From: Planctomycetota bacterium
GTDB taxonomy: Bacteria > Planctomycetota > PLA2 > JAEUHO01
DNA length: 40,371 nt
Assembly: GCA_965223505.1 (NCBI GenBank)
Contig: CBDCWP010000020.1
Span: forward strand, 1 to 40,371
Direction: 5' to 3'
Positions 1-9,815 of the stretch are shown here, piece by piece. The notes below the pieces were generated by a model that made no database searches, was not told the origin of the DNA, and worked only from the letters and a program-made list of their open reading frames with translations. Both the position numbers and the translations under genes were made by a program. Position 1 is the stretch's first letter. The number at the start of each line of letters is the position of its first letter.

Positions 1-1829
1 TTCTCGATGATGATGAACAGTAGATGTCCGCCGTCCAGCACCGGGATCGGCAGAATGTTGAGCACCGCGAGCATCACGCTGATGTAGGCGAGGAACCACA
101 ACAGCTCGGCGAACGTCGTCTCGGCGACGTCGCGGCTGACGGTCACGAGGGTGATGGGGCCAGCGATGTTCTTGTTGAAGTTGATCGTGCCGCTGAACAG
201 CGCGCCGATCGTCCGGAACACGGTCGAGATCTCGCGCCAGGTCTTCGCGCCCGCGAGCGCCAGCGCGTCGCCGAAGCCCTTCGTGTCGTGGGGCTCCTTG
301 TAGCGCATGAGCTCGATGACCGGCTTGCCGAGCGGCACCAGCGCGACGGGGGTGACCTCCACGACCCGCTCCGGCTTGCCTTCGCTCTGCACCGTAAACA
401 CAAGCGGCTCGTCTCCGGCGCCGGACAGCGCGGCGATCAAGTCCGTGAACTCCGAGATCTTCTTCTTGCCGATCTTCAAGACGGCGTCGCCGGTCTGGAT
501 GCCGGCGTCGGCGGCCGGTGACGACGGATACCGGAAGAGGCCGTCGGCCGTCTCCGTGAGCACGCCCTTGTCGAGCAGCGCCACGCGGTTGCCTTTCGGC
601 GCGTCGAACACGATGTCGGCCAGGACGGCGTGCATGGGGCGATCCAGCTCCCAGCGCTGCTCGAGGCCGTTGCCGCGGATGTAGATGAGCGCCTCGACGT
701 CCTTGCGGAAGTACGTGCGCTCGAGATCGTGCTGCGAGTGCACCGGCGTGCGGGCGCCGCCGGACTCGAGCGCGATGACCCGGTCACCGTGCTGCAGCGG
801 CGTGTCGCCGCGCGCGACCTTGACACTCGGATGCCCGAACGGGGCCAGCCCGACCTTGTAGGTGGGCTTCTCGTCGGTCGACGCGACCTCGCGGGAACCC
901 AACCGCAGGGTGAACGACGAGCCGTCGTCGCGCTGCAAGACGACGTCGGCAAGTCCGGCGTTGAGCGCGCGTGCGTAGAGCTGCGGGAACGACGCGCCGC
1001 CGCGAATCGGCACGCCCGCGGCCGTGAGGTGCTCGCGGTGACCGATGACGGTCTCGTCGCTGCCGTCGCTCAGCCGCACCTCGAACGCGTTGCCGATGCC
1101 CACCTTGAGGCGCCCTTCCGCCTCGTCGTAGTACGGCGTGACGTCCACCGCGCGTTTCGTGTCGTCGTCTTTCTGAAGCTGGAAGCGCGCCTTCTCGCCG
1201 CTCGGCAGGTGCACGATCTGGATGATCACGTCCTGATAGGAGCGGATCTCCTCGTCGTTGATCTGTGTGATCTCTTCGCCCGGCTCCAGTCCCGCCATCC
1301 AGGCGGGATCGCCCGGTTGGACGGCGCCGATGACCGGCGGCTCGAGCGGAATCTGCATCCCGTACGCGACGCCGTAGAACGCGAACGCCGTGATGACGTT
1401 CATGATGACGCCCGCGCTGACGATGAAGATGCGGGCCCAGGCGGACTTGTTCACGAACTCGCTCGGGTCGCTCGACCTCGTATCGCCGATGATCTCGCCG
1501 CCCGCCATCTTGACGTAGCCGCCGAGCGGGATGACCGCGACCCGGAAATCCATCGAGTGGTCGTCCGGGTCGAGCTGGCGAGCGCCGATCGTGAACCGCC
1601 GCTTGCCCTCCTTGGGGCGCTCCCAGCCGAAGAGGCGCGGACCGAACCCGATCGAGAACGTCTCCGTGCGGGTCCCGGTCATCCGGCAGGCCGTGTAGTG
1701 GCCCCATTCGTGGATGAAGATGAGGAAGCTGATGCCCAGGATGGCCGCGATCATCGAGCCGCCGGGAATGGCGGCGATGACGGGAATGCCCACGGCAAGG
1801 GCGGGGATCAGCGTGCGTGCTCTCAACAT
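1..1829 (-). CDS. rseP: RIP/site-2 zinc metalloprotease RseP (3' end runs off the window)
   Basis: Translated by hand from ATG 1829: MLRARTLIPALAVG...FIHEWGH (HExxH), FSIGFGP, PLGGYVKM, and NILPIPVLDGGH near position 30-60. Start overlaps the dxr stop; dxr-rseP is a conserved gene pair. Confidence 0.93.
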   Translation of the reverse strand, partial: MLRARTLIPALAVGIPVIAAIPGGSMIAAILGISFLIFIHEWGHYTACRMTGTRTETFSIGFGPRLFGWERPKEGKRRFTIGARQLDPDDHSMDFRVAVIPLGGYVKMAGGEIIGDTRSSDPSEFVNKSAWARIFIVSAGVIMNVITAFAFYGVAYGMQIPLEPPVIGAVQPGDPAWMAGLEPGEEITQINDEEIRSYQDVIIQIVHLPSGEKARFQLQKDDDTKRAVDVTPYYDEAEGRLKVGIGNAFEVRLSDGSDETVIGHREHLTAAGVPIRGGASFPQLYARALNAGLADVVLQRDDGSSFTLRLGSREVASTDEKPTYKVGLAPFGHPSVKVARGDTPLQHGDRVIALESGGARTPVHSQHDLERTYFRKDVEALIYIRGNGLEQRWELDRPMHAVLADIVFDAPKGNRVALLDKGVLTETADGLFRYPSSPAADAGIQTGDAVLKIGKKKISEFTDLIAALSGAGDEPLVFTVQSEGKPERVVEVTPVALVPLGKPVIELMRYKEPHDTKGFGDALALAGAKTWREISTVFRTIGALFSGTINFNKNIAGPITLVTVSRDVAETTFAELLWFLAYISVMLAVLNILPIPVLDGGHLLFIIIE

Positions 1830-2992
1830 GCGGCGGCCTCGTTCCGTGCCCACGCGTCCACGCGCAGGAGGTCCTCTAGGGACGGATCGGCAGTGTAGGG
1901 ATGGTTGCGCAGTGCGTCGGCGCAAACCGCCGTGATCTCCGGAAAACCCAGGGTCCCGTCCAGGAAGCGGGCGACCGCCAGCTCGTCGGCCGCGTTCAGT
2001 GCCGACCCGGCCGTGCCGCCGCGGCGGGCCGCCTCGAAGCCCAGCTCCAGCGCAGGGAACGTCACGGTGTCCGGCGCCTCGAACGTGAGCGATGCGTAGT
2101 CGCGAACGTCGAAGGTCGGCGCCGACGCCGGCAGCCGCTCGGGCCATCCCAGCGCGTACCGAATCGGCCCGCGCATGTCGGGCGGGTTCATCTGCGCGAT
2201 GACCGAGCCGTCCACGAACTCGACCATGCTGTGCACGATGCTCTGGGGATGGACCGCGACCTCGATGCGGTCGGCCTCGATGTCGAACAGCCAGCGTGCC
2301 TCGATCACCTCCAGCGCCTTGTTCATGAGCGTCGCGCTGTCGATCGTGATGCGCGGGCCCATGTCCCAGGTCGGATGGTCGAGCGCCTGTGCGGGCGTCA
2401 CGTCGCGGATCTCGTCGGCACTGCGCCCACGGAACGGCCCGCCCGACGCGGTGAGGATCAGCCGCCTGACCTCTTCGGCGCGGCCCGCCCTGAGGCACTG
2501 GTGCAGCGCGGCGTGCTCGCTGTCGACGGGCACGATCTCCGCGCCGGTTCGGTGCGCCTCCGCGTTCAGCAGCGGACCGGCGACGACCATGCTCTCCTTG
2601 TTGGCGAGCGCGAGACGCTTGCCCGCGCGAATCGTGGTGAGGCTGGCGTCGAGCCCGGCGGCGCCGGCGGTGCCCTGGACGACGACCTCGACACGCGGAT
2701 CTTCGACCAGCTCGCGCACGGCGTCCTGTCCAACGCGGAGCTCGGGATCGCCGGCGCGCAGCGAGGGGCGCAACGCCGCCGCGGCCTCCTCGTCGATGAG
2801 CGTGATGGAGCGCGCGCCGAGCGCGCGGCCGCGCTCGAGCAGCTTCGTTCCCTGTCGTCCCGCCACGAGCCCGACGACGTCGAAGCGGTCGCGGTGCTCG
2901 GTCAAGACGTCGGCCGCCGCGTCCCCGATGGAGCCGGTGGCGCCCAGCACGGCGACGCCGTGGAGGGGCGCGTCGGGGTCGTCGCTGCTCAT
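1823..2992 (-). CDS. dxr: 1-deoxy-D-xylulose-5-phosphate reductoisomerase
   Basis: LGATGSIG, LANKES, PVDSEH, TASGGPF, HPTWDMG, IDSATLMNK and HPQSIVHSMVEF motifs. Start placed at MSSDD (2992), exact start uncertain. Confidence 0.96.
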   Translation of the reverse strand: MSSDDPDAPLHGVAVLGATGSIGDAAADVLTEHRDRFDVVGLVAGRQGTKLLERGRALGARSITLIDEEAAAALRPSLRAGDPELRVGQDAVRELVEDPRVEVVVQGTAGAAGLDASLTTIRAGKRLALANKESMVVAGPLLNAEAHRTGAEIVPVDSEHAALHQCLRAGRAEEVRRLILTASGGPFRGRSADEIRDVTPAQALDHPTWDMGPRITIDSATLMNKALEVIEARWLFDIEADRIEVAVHPQSIVHSMVEFVDGSVIAQMNPPDMRGPIRYALGWPERLPASAPTFDVRDYASLTFEAPDTVTFPALELGFEAARRGGTAGSALNAADELAVARFLDGTLGFPEITAVCADALRNHPYTADPSLEDLLRVDAWARNEAAAC

Positions 2993-3137
2993 CCGCAGCA
3001 TCTCCGGCGCCGGGGGCTCGAATTCGCGGAGCGCATACGACCACCATACCCCCCGATTCACCGTCGCATCAGGGGATCTCATGGGTTGCCGTCAGGCGCG
3101 CACCTACCATGCGTTCGCCCATGCAGAGGAGACGCTG

Positions 3138-4160
3138 ATGAGCGGCATGACCTATCGCGACGCCGGGGTCGACATCGAGAAGAAGATGGCCTCGGTGGCG
3201 AGCATCTCGGACCTCGTGAAGAGCACGTTCCGTCCAGGCGTGCTGCACGAGCTGGGCTCGTTCGGCGGCATGTTCTCCGGCTCGTTTCCGAACATGGAGG
3301 ACCCGGTGCTCGTCGCGACCAACGACGGCGTCGGCACCAAGGTGCGCACCGGCGTGCGCGCCGGTCGCGTGCGCGGCCTGGGCCACGACATCGTCAACCA
3401 CTGCGTGAACGACATCCTCGTTCAGGGCGCGGAGCCGCTCTTCTTCCTCGACTACTTCGCGAGCGGAACGCTCGAGCCGAACGTCTTCGAAGAGGTGCTC
3501 GCCGGCGTCGCCGAGGCGTGCCGCGCGTGCGGCGCCGCGCTGCTCGGCGGCGAGACGGCGGAGATGCCGGGCGTGTACGCCGACAACGAGTTCGACATCG
3601 TCGGCTTCGTGGTCGGGATCGTCGAGAAGGCCAAGGTGTGGCCGCGCGGCATCCAAGCCGGCGACGCGATCGTGGGCGTGCGCTCCGACGGGTTGCACAC
3701 GAACGGCTTCTCGCTGGTGAACCGTCTGATCGATCGCGACGACCTCGATCTGGCCGACGATCCCGGCGGACTCGGCGAGTCGCTCGCCGACGCGCTGCTG
3801 CGTCCGCACCGCTCCTACCTGCCGCCGATCCTCACGCTGCGCGAAGCGGTGGAGATCCACGGTCTCGCGCACATCACCGGCGGCGGACTCCAGGACAACG
3901 TGCCGCGCGTCCTCCCGGAGGGGCTCGGCGCGCGCATCGACCGCTCGGCCTGGACTCCGAATCCGGTCTTCGAGTGGCTCTGCGAGGCCGCGCAGATGGA
4001 CCGCGACGAGGCGTACCACGTGTTCAACATGGGCTGCGGCCTCACGGTGATCGTCGACGCGGCCGACACGCAGAAGACGGTCGATACGTTGCATGCGGCC
4101 GGCGAGGAGGCGTGGGTGATCGGCGCCGTCGAGGCCGGCGAGGGCGTTCGGTTCGGCTGA
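3138..4160 (+). CDS. purM: Phosphoribosylformylglycinamidine cyclo-ligase (AIR synthetase)
   Basis: TYRDAGVD, DGVGTK, PLFFLDY, GGETAEMPG, GLHTNGFSL, AHITGGG and FNMG motifs. AGAGGAG RBS upstream. Confidence 0.96.
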   Translation: MSGMTYRDAGVDIEKKMASVASISDLVKSTFRPGVLHELGSFGGMFSGSFPNMEDPVLVATNDGVGTKVRTGVRAGRVRGLGHDIVNHCVNDILVQGAEPLFFLDYFASGTLEPNVFEEVLAGVAEACRACGAALLGGETAEMPGVYADNEFDIVGFVVGIVEKAKVWPRGIQAGDAIVGVRSDGLHTNGFSLVNRLIDRDDLDLADDPGGLGESLADALLRPHRSYLPPILTLREAVEIHGLAHITGGGLQDNVPRVLPEGLGARIDRSAWTPNPVFEWLCEAAQMDRDEAYHVFNMGCGLTVIVDAADTQKTVDTLHAAGEEAWVIGAVEAGEGVRFG

Positions 4161-4163
4161 TCG

Positions 4164-4775
4164 TCAGCGGTCGCGGGTCTCGAGGTAGTCGAGCGGGATC
4201 CACATCGTGCCGCCGGGATCGATCATCTGGCTGACGCCGAGGTGCACCGTCGGCAGCGGGTTGTACTTGCGAACCGTCTCGTCGGAGACGCTCTCGCTGA
4301 TGAGCTCCTTGCCCGACTCGTCGATGTAGTAGATGCGAAACGCCGTCGTGCCGACGTCCGTCGGCCGCGCGACGGCGACGAAGTGCCGCTCGACCAGACG
4401 CGGGTTCACGCGGTCCACGTTCGGCGGCCCCACGCGTACGTTGCCCTCCGCGGTCTTGCGCTTCGGCAGTAGCACGTCGATGCGGTAGCCCGGAGACGTG
4501 AGGACGGTCACGCCGTCGACGGTGGCCGTCTCGTCCGCGGCAAGCAGCCCGGCCTGCGTGAGGTCCTCCAACCAGCCGTACCGCCCGTTCGCCTCGCGGT
4601 AGGCGCGCTGCGCCTCCAGCACGGCGTGCAGCTTGGCCAGGGCAACGTCCTCGCGCGCCACCATGGCCCGCGCGCGATCGCTCTCGCGGAACGCGATCCA
4701 CAAGACGATCGCGATGCTGAGACCGATGACGATCCAGGACCAGGCGAGATGCTCGCGGGGGCGGGCGTTGACCAT
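4164..4775 (-). CDS. Hypothetical membrane-anchored protein, pseudopilin-like N-terminal helix
   Basis: One TM segment (WSWIVIGLSIAIVLWIAF) followed by ALAKLHAVLEAQRAY...GRYG. Start chosen at MVNARP. Confidence 0.6.
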   Translation of the reverse strand: MVNARPREHLAWSWIVIGLSIAIVLWIAFRESDRARAMVAREDVALAKLHAVLEAQRAYREANGRYGWLEDLTQAGLLAADETATVDGVTVLTSPGYRIDVLLPKRKTAEGNVRVGPPNVDRVNPRLVERHFVAVARPTDVGTTAFRIYYIDESGKELISESVSDETVRKYNPLPTVHLGVSQMIDPGGTMWIPLDYLETRDR

Positions 4776-4780
4776 GGCGG

Positions 4781-4825
4781 AAGATACCAGCGCCGGTGAA
4801 CGCCGGCGTCCGGCATCCGTATAAT
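4781..4825. promoter_or_regulatory. Back-to-back -10 elements for the divergent genes
   Basis: TATAAT at 4820-4825 (+) lies 6 nt before an in-frame GTG (4832). TATCTT on the - strand (4781-4786, preceded by TGG) lies 5 nt before ATG 4775. Confidence 0.5.
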
Positions 4826-4831
4826 CCATAC

Positions 4832-6061
4832 GTGAGTGGAGCCACAGCCGCGGAAACAATGCCGTCGTCCGGCGACGGAACGAAGGGCGACCGTGCCGCG
4901 GTCGAGGATCGCGCTTTCGATCGGCGTGCCGAGGGTGATCTGTCCGGGGTGTTCGCGAAGCTGACCGGCGAAGGCGCGATCGCGCTCTCGACGCTGGCCG
5001 TCTTCACCGTCATGGCGCTCGTGATGGGGGACAACCTCGTGTTCCTCATGGGGAGCTTGATCCTGGGCGGCGGCATCGTGTGCCGGCGGCTTACGCGCAC
5101 GAACCTGGTGGGTGCGCGCGTGCGCCGCGTCGTCCCGGCGCGCAGCCGGGTCGGACTTCCGACCACGCTCACGTACGAGCTCGAGGCGGCGGGCGACCGG
5201 CAGGCCGTGGGCGTCGAGGTCGCGGATCGGCCCACACGCGGCATCCGTCCCATCGCGATCTACGTGGAGTTCCCGGTTTCGCAGCGCGACGAACCGATCC
5301 AGGCCACGACGCACGTGCGCTTCACGCGACGCGGCCGGCACACGCTCGAAAACCTCTGGATTCGCAGCCGCTACCCGTTGGGGCTGTTCTCCGCGCGAAA
5401 GTTCTGCCGCGCGTCGTCGCGCATCCTCGTGCACCCGGCCGAGGGCCGCATCACGGGCCGGTTGCGGCAGCGACTGCGCGGCCGCAGCCGCCTGACCTCG
5501 CGACCGACGCGATTGCTGAGCGGCGACGACCTGTTGTACGGCGTGCGGGAATATCGCGACGGCGACGACCCGCGGCGCATCCACTGGCGCACGACCGCCC
5601 GCCGCGGCGCCCTCACGATCAGCGAGTGGCGTTCCGAGGTCGGCAACGAGGTGGTGCTCGTGCTCGGCCGCGGCCAGGGCGCGGGACCGCGTGCCGTCGC
5701 CAACTTCGAACGCGCGGTGTCCTGCGTCGCGACGATCTGGCGCGCCGTGCTGCGCGACCGGTTGCCGGGACGGCTCCTGTGGGACGACGCGGTCGACCCG
5801 ATCGCGAGCGATGACGGGCACGGCGTGACCCGCGGGCTCGACGTTCTCGCCGAGGTTCGTAGTCAAGGCCGACGGCGGCCGCGCGCGACGCTGGAGAAGC
5901 TCGCTCGCGCGCCGGGGCGCCGCACGATCGTCTATGTGGCGTCGGGGCCGGAGGCCGGCCTCGACAAGTTGCTTCCGGCGGCCGCGGGCCGGGGCGGCGA
6001 CTGGATCGTGATTCGTTCCGATCGCAAGCGGCTGCCGCGCTGGGTGCGGGGGCTTCGATGA
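4832..6061 (+). CDS. DUF58 domain-containing membrane protein
   Basis: Two N-terminal TM segments, YPLGLF, and GVREYRDGDDPRRIHWRTTARRG signature. Start is GTG 4832 or ATG 4859. Confidence 0.88.
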   Translation: MSGATAAETMPSSGDGTKGDRAAVEDRAFDRRAEGDLSGVFAKLTGEGAIALSTLAVFTVMALVMGDNLVFLMGSLILGGGIVCRRLTRTNLVGARVRRVVPARSRVGLPTTLTYELEAAGDRQAVGVEVADRPTRGIRPIAIYVEFPVSQRDEPIQATTHVRFTRRGRHTLENLWIRSRYPLGLFSARKFCRASSRILVHPAEGRITGRLRQRLRGRSRLTSRPTRLLSGDDLLYGVREYRDGDDPRRIHWRTTARRGALTISEWRSEVGNEVVLVLGRGQGAGPRAVANFERAVSCVATIWRAVLRDRLPGRLLWDDAVDPIASDDGHGVTRGLDVLAEVRSQGRRRPRATLEKLARAPGRRTIVYVASGPEAGLDKLLPAAAGRGGDWIVIRSDRKRLPRWVRGLR

Positions 6062-8382
6062 GCGGCGCGCGGCTCGACGTTCGCCGCGTGCCCCTGCCCG
6101 CGGTGCTGGTGTTGCTGGCCGGCATGGGCATGGTGGCCATCTACCCGCTGCCGGGCTTCCCGCGTCCGTTCCTGTGGTCGTTCGTCGTCGCCGCGGCGAT
6201 GCGGTTGGCCATGGGACGCGACGGCTCGCGGCTTGCGCCCCGCTGGGTCTTGCAGACCATCGCCTGGGTGCTGGCCGTCGTGTGCGTCGGCTGGCTCTTC
6301 AGCGGCGCGCAGAAGTACAGCGGCATCTGGCCGCTGGTCGGACTGCTCTCCGTGCTGGCCGCCTTCCAGTCGCTTTGCCTGCTCATGCGGCTGAAGCCGT
6401 TCGGCGCGTTCTTCGTCATCGTGTTGTCGTCGACGCACGCGGCGGGAGCGGCGTTCCTGCGCAAGGATGTGGGCGCGCTCTGGACGATCGTCGCCTACGT
6501 GGCGGTGCTCTTCTGGGCGCTGATCCTCTTCGAGCGCCAGGCGTCGCTCGAGCTCGACGATGACGAGGCGGAGAGCGCGACGCGGCGCGTGGTCGTACCG
6601 AACGCGCGTCCGCTGCCGGCGCGTATCTTGATGCGTACGCTCGCCGTCATGCTGTTGGCCGGGTTCCCGATCGGCATGGCGATCTACTACGTCGCGCCGC
6701 GCGTGGGACAGATCCGCCACGCGCTCGATTTCGAGATCGACGTCGCCGACGAGACGTACGAAGACGTCGAGGACCGGGGACCGTTCGGCTCACGAACCAT
6801 GCCGTCGTCGTTCGGGATGACCGGTCCGTCGATGACGCCGAGCACGGTGCCGTACGGCTCGGTCGCAGAGATCAAGAAGGACCAGACGGCGCTGTTCGAG
6901 GTCAAGGAGTTCGACCCGGGCACGCTCGCGGTGAAGGCGGCGACCGGCGACGTCTACTTCCGCGATCACGTGATCGACCTCTACCGGCGCGACACGCTCG
7001 ACTGGGTTCCGTCGGGCGCGCTCAAGACGAAGAAACGTCACAGCGAGCCGACGGCGATGGGCGCGCGCGGCTGGTTCCGACTCGAGGAACGCAACGCCCG
7101 CGAAGGATCGGTGCGGCTGTTCCGCGCGCGGATGTTGCTCGGCGGCCACAGTCGTCTCTATCTCATGCCCTTGGCGCTGCAGGTGCGCGTCTTGCGCGAG
7201 GACGCGAGCGGGAAGCTCGTGCCGTATCCGTTGCTGCACCTGCACGAGCACCACAACGCCATGCAGCAGGCGTACTTCCACACCGCGAGTGGAACGATCG
7301 AGACGTTTCGGCCCGACGACGTCGTCGAGCACATCAGCCTGCCGCAACCGCGCCGGGGACCGGACCTGGCGCTGCACCGCTCGGCGCTCGATCCCGAGAT
7401 GCCGGCGACCTACCTGCAGGTCCCGGATGCGTCGCGCGACGCCTTCCGCCGCCTCGCGCTGGGCGTCGTCGGCAACGAGACGAGTCCCTGGCTGCGCGCG
7501 GAGGCGCTGGAGCGCTGGCTCAAGGCGCCGCCGTTCGTCTACACGCTCAAGGTGCAGGAGGCGACCGGCGAGGACTACCTGCTCGAGTTCCTGCAGCGCA
7601 GTCGCAGCGGCCACTGCGAGGTCTACGCGGGCGCCATGGTGATGCTCTTGCGCGCGCTCGGCCATCCGGCGCGGTACGTCACGGGCTTCTGGGGCGGCGA
7701 CGTGCTCAACGACCGGAAGACGATCTTGATGCGCGCGTCGCACTACCACGCCTGGGCGGAGCTCTACCTCGGCGAGGACGTCGGTTGGGTCCCGCTCAAC
7801 CCGACGCCGCCCGACCGTACGCCCGCCGATGCGACCGCCACCGAGCACGAAGCGGCCGCTACCGAAGGCAAGGACACCGTCGATCCGCAGGGCCGCACGT
7901 CGTCCTTCCTCGAGTACGGCGCCGACGATCACGCGGCGCTCTGGGACGGCATCGGCCGTTTCCTGGACACCGTGCTCGTGCGTCCGCTGCGGTGGTTGTT
8001 CAGCGCCGACGGGTTCTTCGCCGGGCCCTTCCTGCTCGCGTTGGGCTTCTTCCTCCTGGTCGGCTGGAACCGCAACCGGCAGGTGCGGCGCGTGGCCACG
8101 TCGGCGGGCGCGAAGGTGCCCTCGGGTCCGTACGGCAAGGCGCTCCTCCTGCTCGCCAAGCGCGGCCTGCGACGCCGAGCCGCGCAGACCCCGCGCGAGT
8201 TCGGTCGCATCGCGATCAAGCTGCTGCCGAAGATCCGCGCGCCGTTGACGCAGCTCACGTTCCTGCACGAGCGGGAGCGCTTCGGTGCGACCGATCCGCA
8301 GGGCCTGCGCGCCGCGCAGCGCGAGGCGCTCGACGCGTTGCGCGACGGGCTGAAGGCCTCCGACACGAAGGCGTCCTCGTGA
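6058..8382 (+). CDS. TgpA-like membrane protein with transglutaminase-like domain
   Basis: Multi-TM N-terminus, GHCEVYAGAMVMLLRALGHPARYVTGF, HAWAELY, GWVPLNPTP, then a TM and a C-terminal TPREF domain. ATGA overlap with DUF58. Confidence 0.88.
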   Translation: MSGARLDVRRVPLPAVLVLLAGMGMVAIYPLPGFPRPFLWSFVVAAAMRLAMGRDGSRLAPRWVLQTIAWVLAVVCVGWLFSGAQKYSGIWPLVGLLSVLAAFQSLCLLMRLKPFGAFFVIVLSSTHAAGAAFLRKDVGALWTIVAYVAVLFWALILFERQASLELDDDEAESATRRVVVPNARPLPARILMRTLAVMLLAGFPIGMAIYYVAPRVGQIRHALDFEIDVADETYEDVEDRGPFGSRTMPSSFGMTGPSMTPSTVPYGSVAEIKKDQTALFEVKEFDPGTLAVKAATGDVYFRDHVIDLYRRDTLDWVPSGALKTKKRHSEPTAMGARGWFRLEERNAREGSVRLFRARMLLGGHSRLYLMPLALQVRVLREDASGKLVPYPLLHLHEHHNAMQQAYFHTASGTIETFRPDDVVEHISLPQPRRGPDLALHRSALDPEMPATYLQVPDASRDAFRRLALGVVGNETSPWLRAEALERWLKAPPFVYTLKVQEATGEDYLLEFLQRSRSGHCEVYAGAMVMLLRALGHPARYVTGFWGGDVLNDRKTILMRASHYHAWAELYLGEDVGWVPLNPTPPDRTPADATATEHEAAATEGKDTVDPQGRTSSFLEYGADDHAALWDGIGRFLDTVLVRPLRWLFSADGFFAGPFLLALGFFLLVGWNRNRQVRRVATSAGAKVPSGPYGKALLLLAKRGLRRRAAQTPREFGRIAIKLLPKIRAPLTQLTFLHERERFGATDPQGLRAAQREALDALRDGLKASDTKASS

Positions 8383-9773
8383 GCGGCGATCCGGCGCGCG
8401 ACGACGCCGTGGCGATCGCGAAGACGCTGCGGGACAATGGCTACGACGCGTTGCTGTGCGGCGGGTGCGTACGCGATCACCTCATGGGCCGCGTCCCGAA
8501 CGACTACGACATCGCGACCTCCGCACGTCCGGAGGAGACGGCGGCGCTCTTTCCGCACGCCGTGACGGTGGGCGCGCAGTTCGGCGTCGTCATCGTTCCG
8601 CGCGCGTCGGGGAAGATCGAGGTCGCGACCTTTCGATCGGACCAAGCGTACGTGGACGGCAGACGTCCCGAAGGCGTCGTATTCTCCGATCCCCCGACGG
8701 ACGCGCAGCGGCGCGACTTCACGGTCAACGCGTTGTTCGAAGACCCCGAGACGGGCGAGATCCACGACCACGTGAACGGGCTGCCGGACCTTCGTTCGCG
8801 GCTGCTGCGCGCCATCGGCGACGCGGAGGCGCGCTTCCGCGAAGACCACCTGCGCATCTTGCGCGCCGTCAGGCTCTCGGTGCAGCTCGACTTCGCGATC
8901 GAGCCGCAGACGATGGAGGCCGTGCGCGCGCTCGCGCCGCTGGTTGCCAAGGTCTCCGCCGAGCGCGTCCGCGACGAGCTCGTCAAGCTGCTGCGCTTCG
9001 GACGCGGCCGCGGACTTCGACTCCTGAGGGACGCGGGGTTGCTGCCCGTCATCCTGCCGGAGATCGACGCCATGCGCGGCGTCGAGCAGCCGCACCAGTG
9101 GCATCCGGAAGGCGACGTGTTCGTGCACACCTGTCTCGTGCTGGACGGCGTACCGCCGCTCGACGCGGACGCGGAGACGGACGTGCTCCTCTCGGCGCTC
9201 TTGCACGACGTGGCGAAGCCAACGACGCAGACCTTCGATCCCGACGGCCGCGTGCGATTCAACAGTCACGACCGGCTCGGGCGGGAGATGTCGCGCGAGC
9301 TCCTGGAACGCCTGCGCTTTCCCAAGCGCACGATCGAGCGCGTGGAGGAGCTGGTGGGATCGCACATGAAGTTCGGCGCGGTCGAGCAGATGCGACCGAA
9401 CAAGCTGCGCCGTTTCCTGGGGCAGGACGACGTGGAGCTGCACCTGGCGCTTCACGAAGCGGACTGCGGCGCGAGCCACGGCAACCTGAGCGCGTTGGCG
9501 TTCTGCCGCGACAAGCTGAAGGCGTACGGCGAAGAACCGGTCATTCCGCCGCCGCTGCTGACCGGCACCGATCTGCTCGCGATGGGGTACCCGGAGGGGC
9601 GGCGAATCGGTGAGATCCTGCGGCGGGTGCAGGATCTGCAGCTCGACGGGGAGCTTGCCACGCGCGAAGAAGCGGCACGGTGCGTGCGTCGGGAGTTTCC
9701 GCAACCCCCTGCCGGAGTCCTGAGTTGGCACAGCAACGTCTCGTCCGGAATACGAACGGTCGTGGATGGGTAA
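8379..9773 (+). CDS. CCA tRNA nucleotidyltransferase / poly(A) polymerase family protein with HD domain
   Basis: GGCVRD, DYDIAT, RRDFTVNA, EDHLRILRA, SAERVRDEL, HPEGDVFVH and LLHDVAK. GTGA overlap with the upstream stop. Confidence 0.92.
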   Translation: MSGDPARDDAVAIAKTLRDNGYDALLCGGCVRDHLMGRVPNDYDIATSARPEETAALFPHAVTVGAQFGVVIVPRASGKIEVATFRSDQAYVDGRRPEGVVFSDPPTDAQRRDFTVNALFEDPETGEIHDHVNGLPDLRSRLLRAIGDAEARFREDHLRILRAVRLSVQLDFAIEPQTMEAVRALAPLVAKVSAERVRDELVKLLRFGRGRGLRLLRDAGLLPVILPEIDAMRGVEQPHQWHPEGDVFVHTCLVLDGVPPLDADAETDVLLSALLHDVAKPTTQTFDPDGRVRFNSHDRLGREMSRELLERLRFPKRTIERVEELVGSHMKFGAVEQMRPNKLRRFLGQDDVELHLALHEADCGASHGNLSALAFCRDKLKAYGEEPVIPPPLLTGTDLLAMGYPEGRRIGEILRRVQDLQLDGELATREEAARCVRREFPQPPAGVLSWHSNVSSGIRTVVDG

Positions 9774-9815
9774 CACCGTTCCTGCGGACGGCGACGCTCG
9801 TTTGGGACGGTCTGC

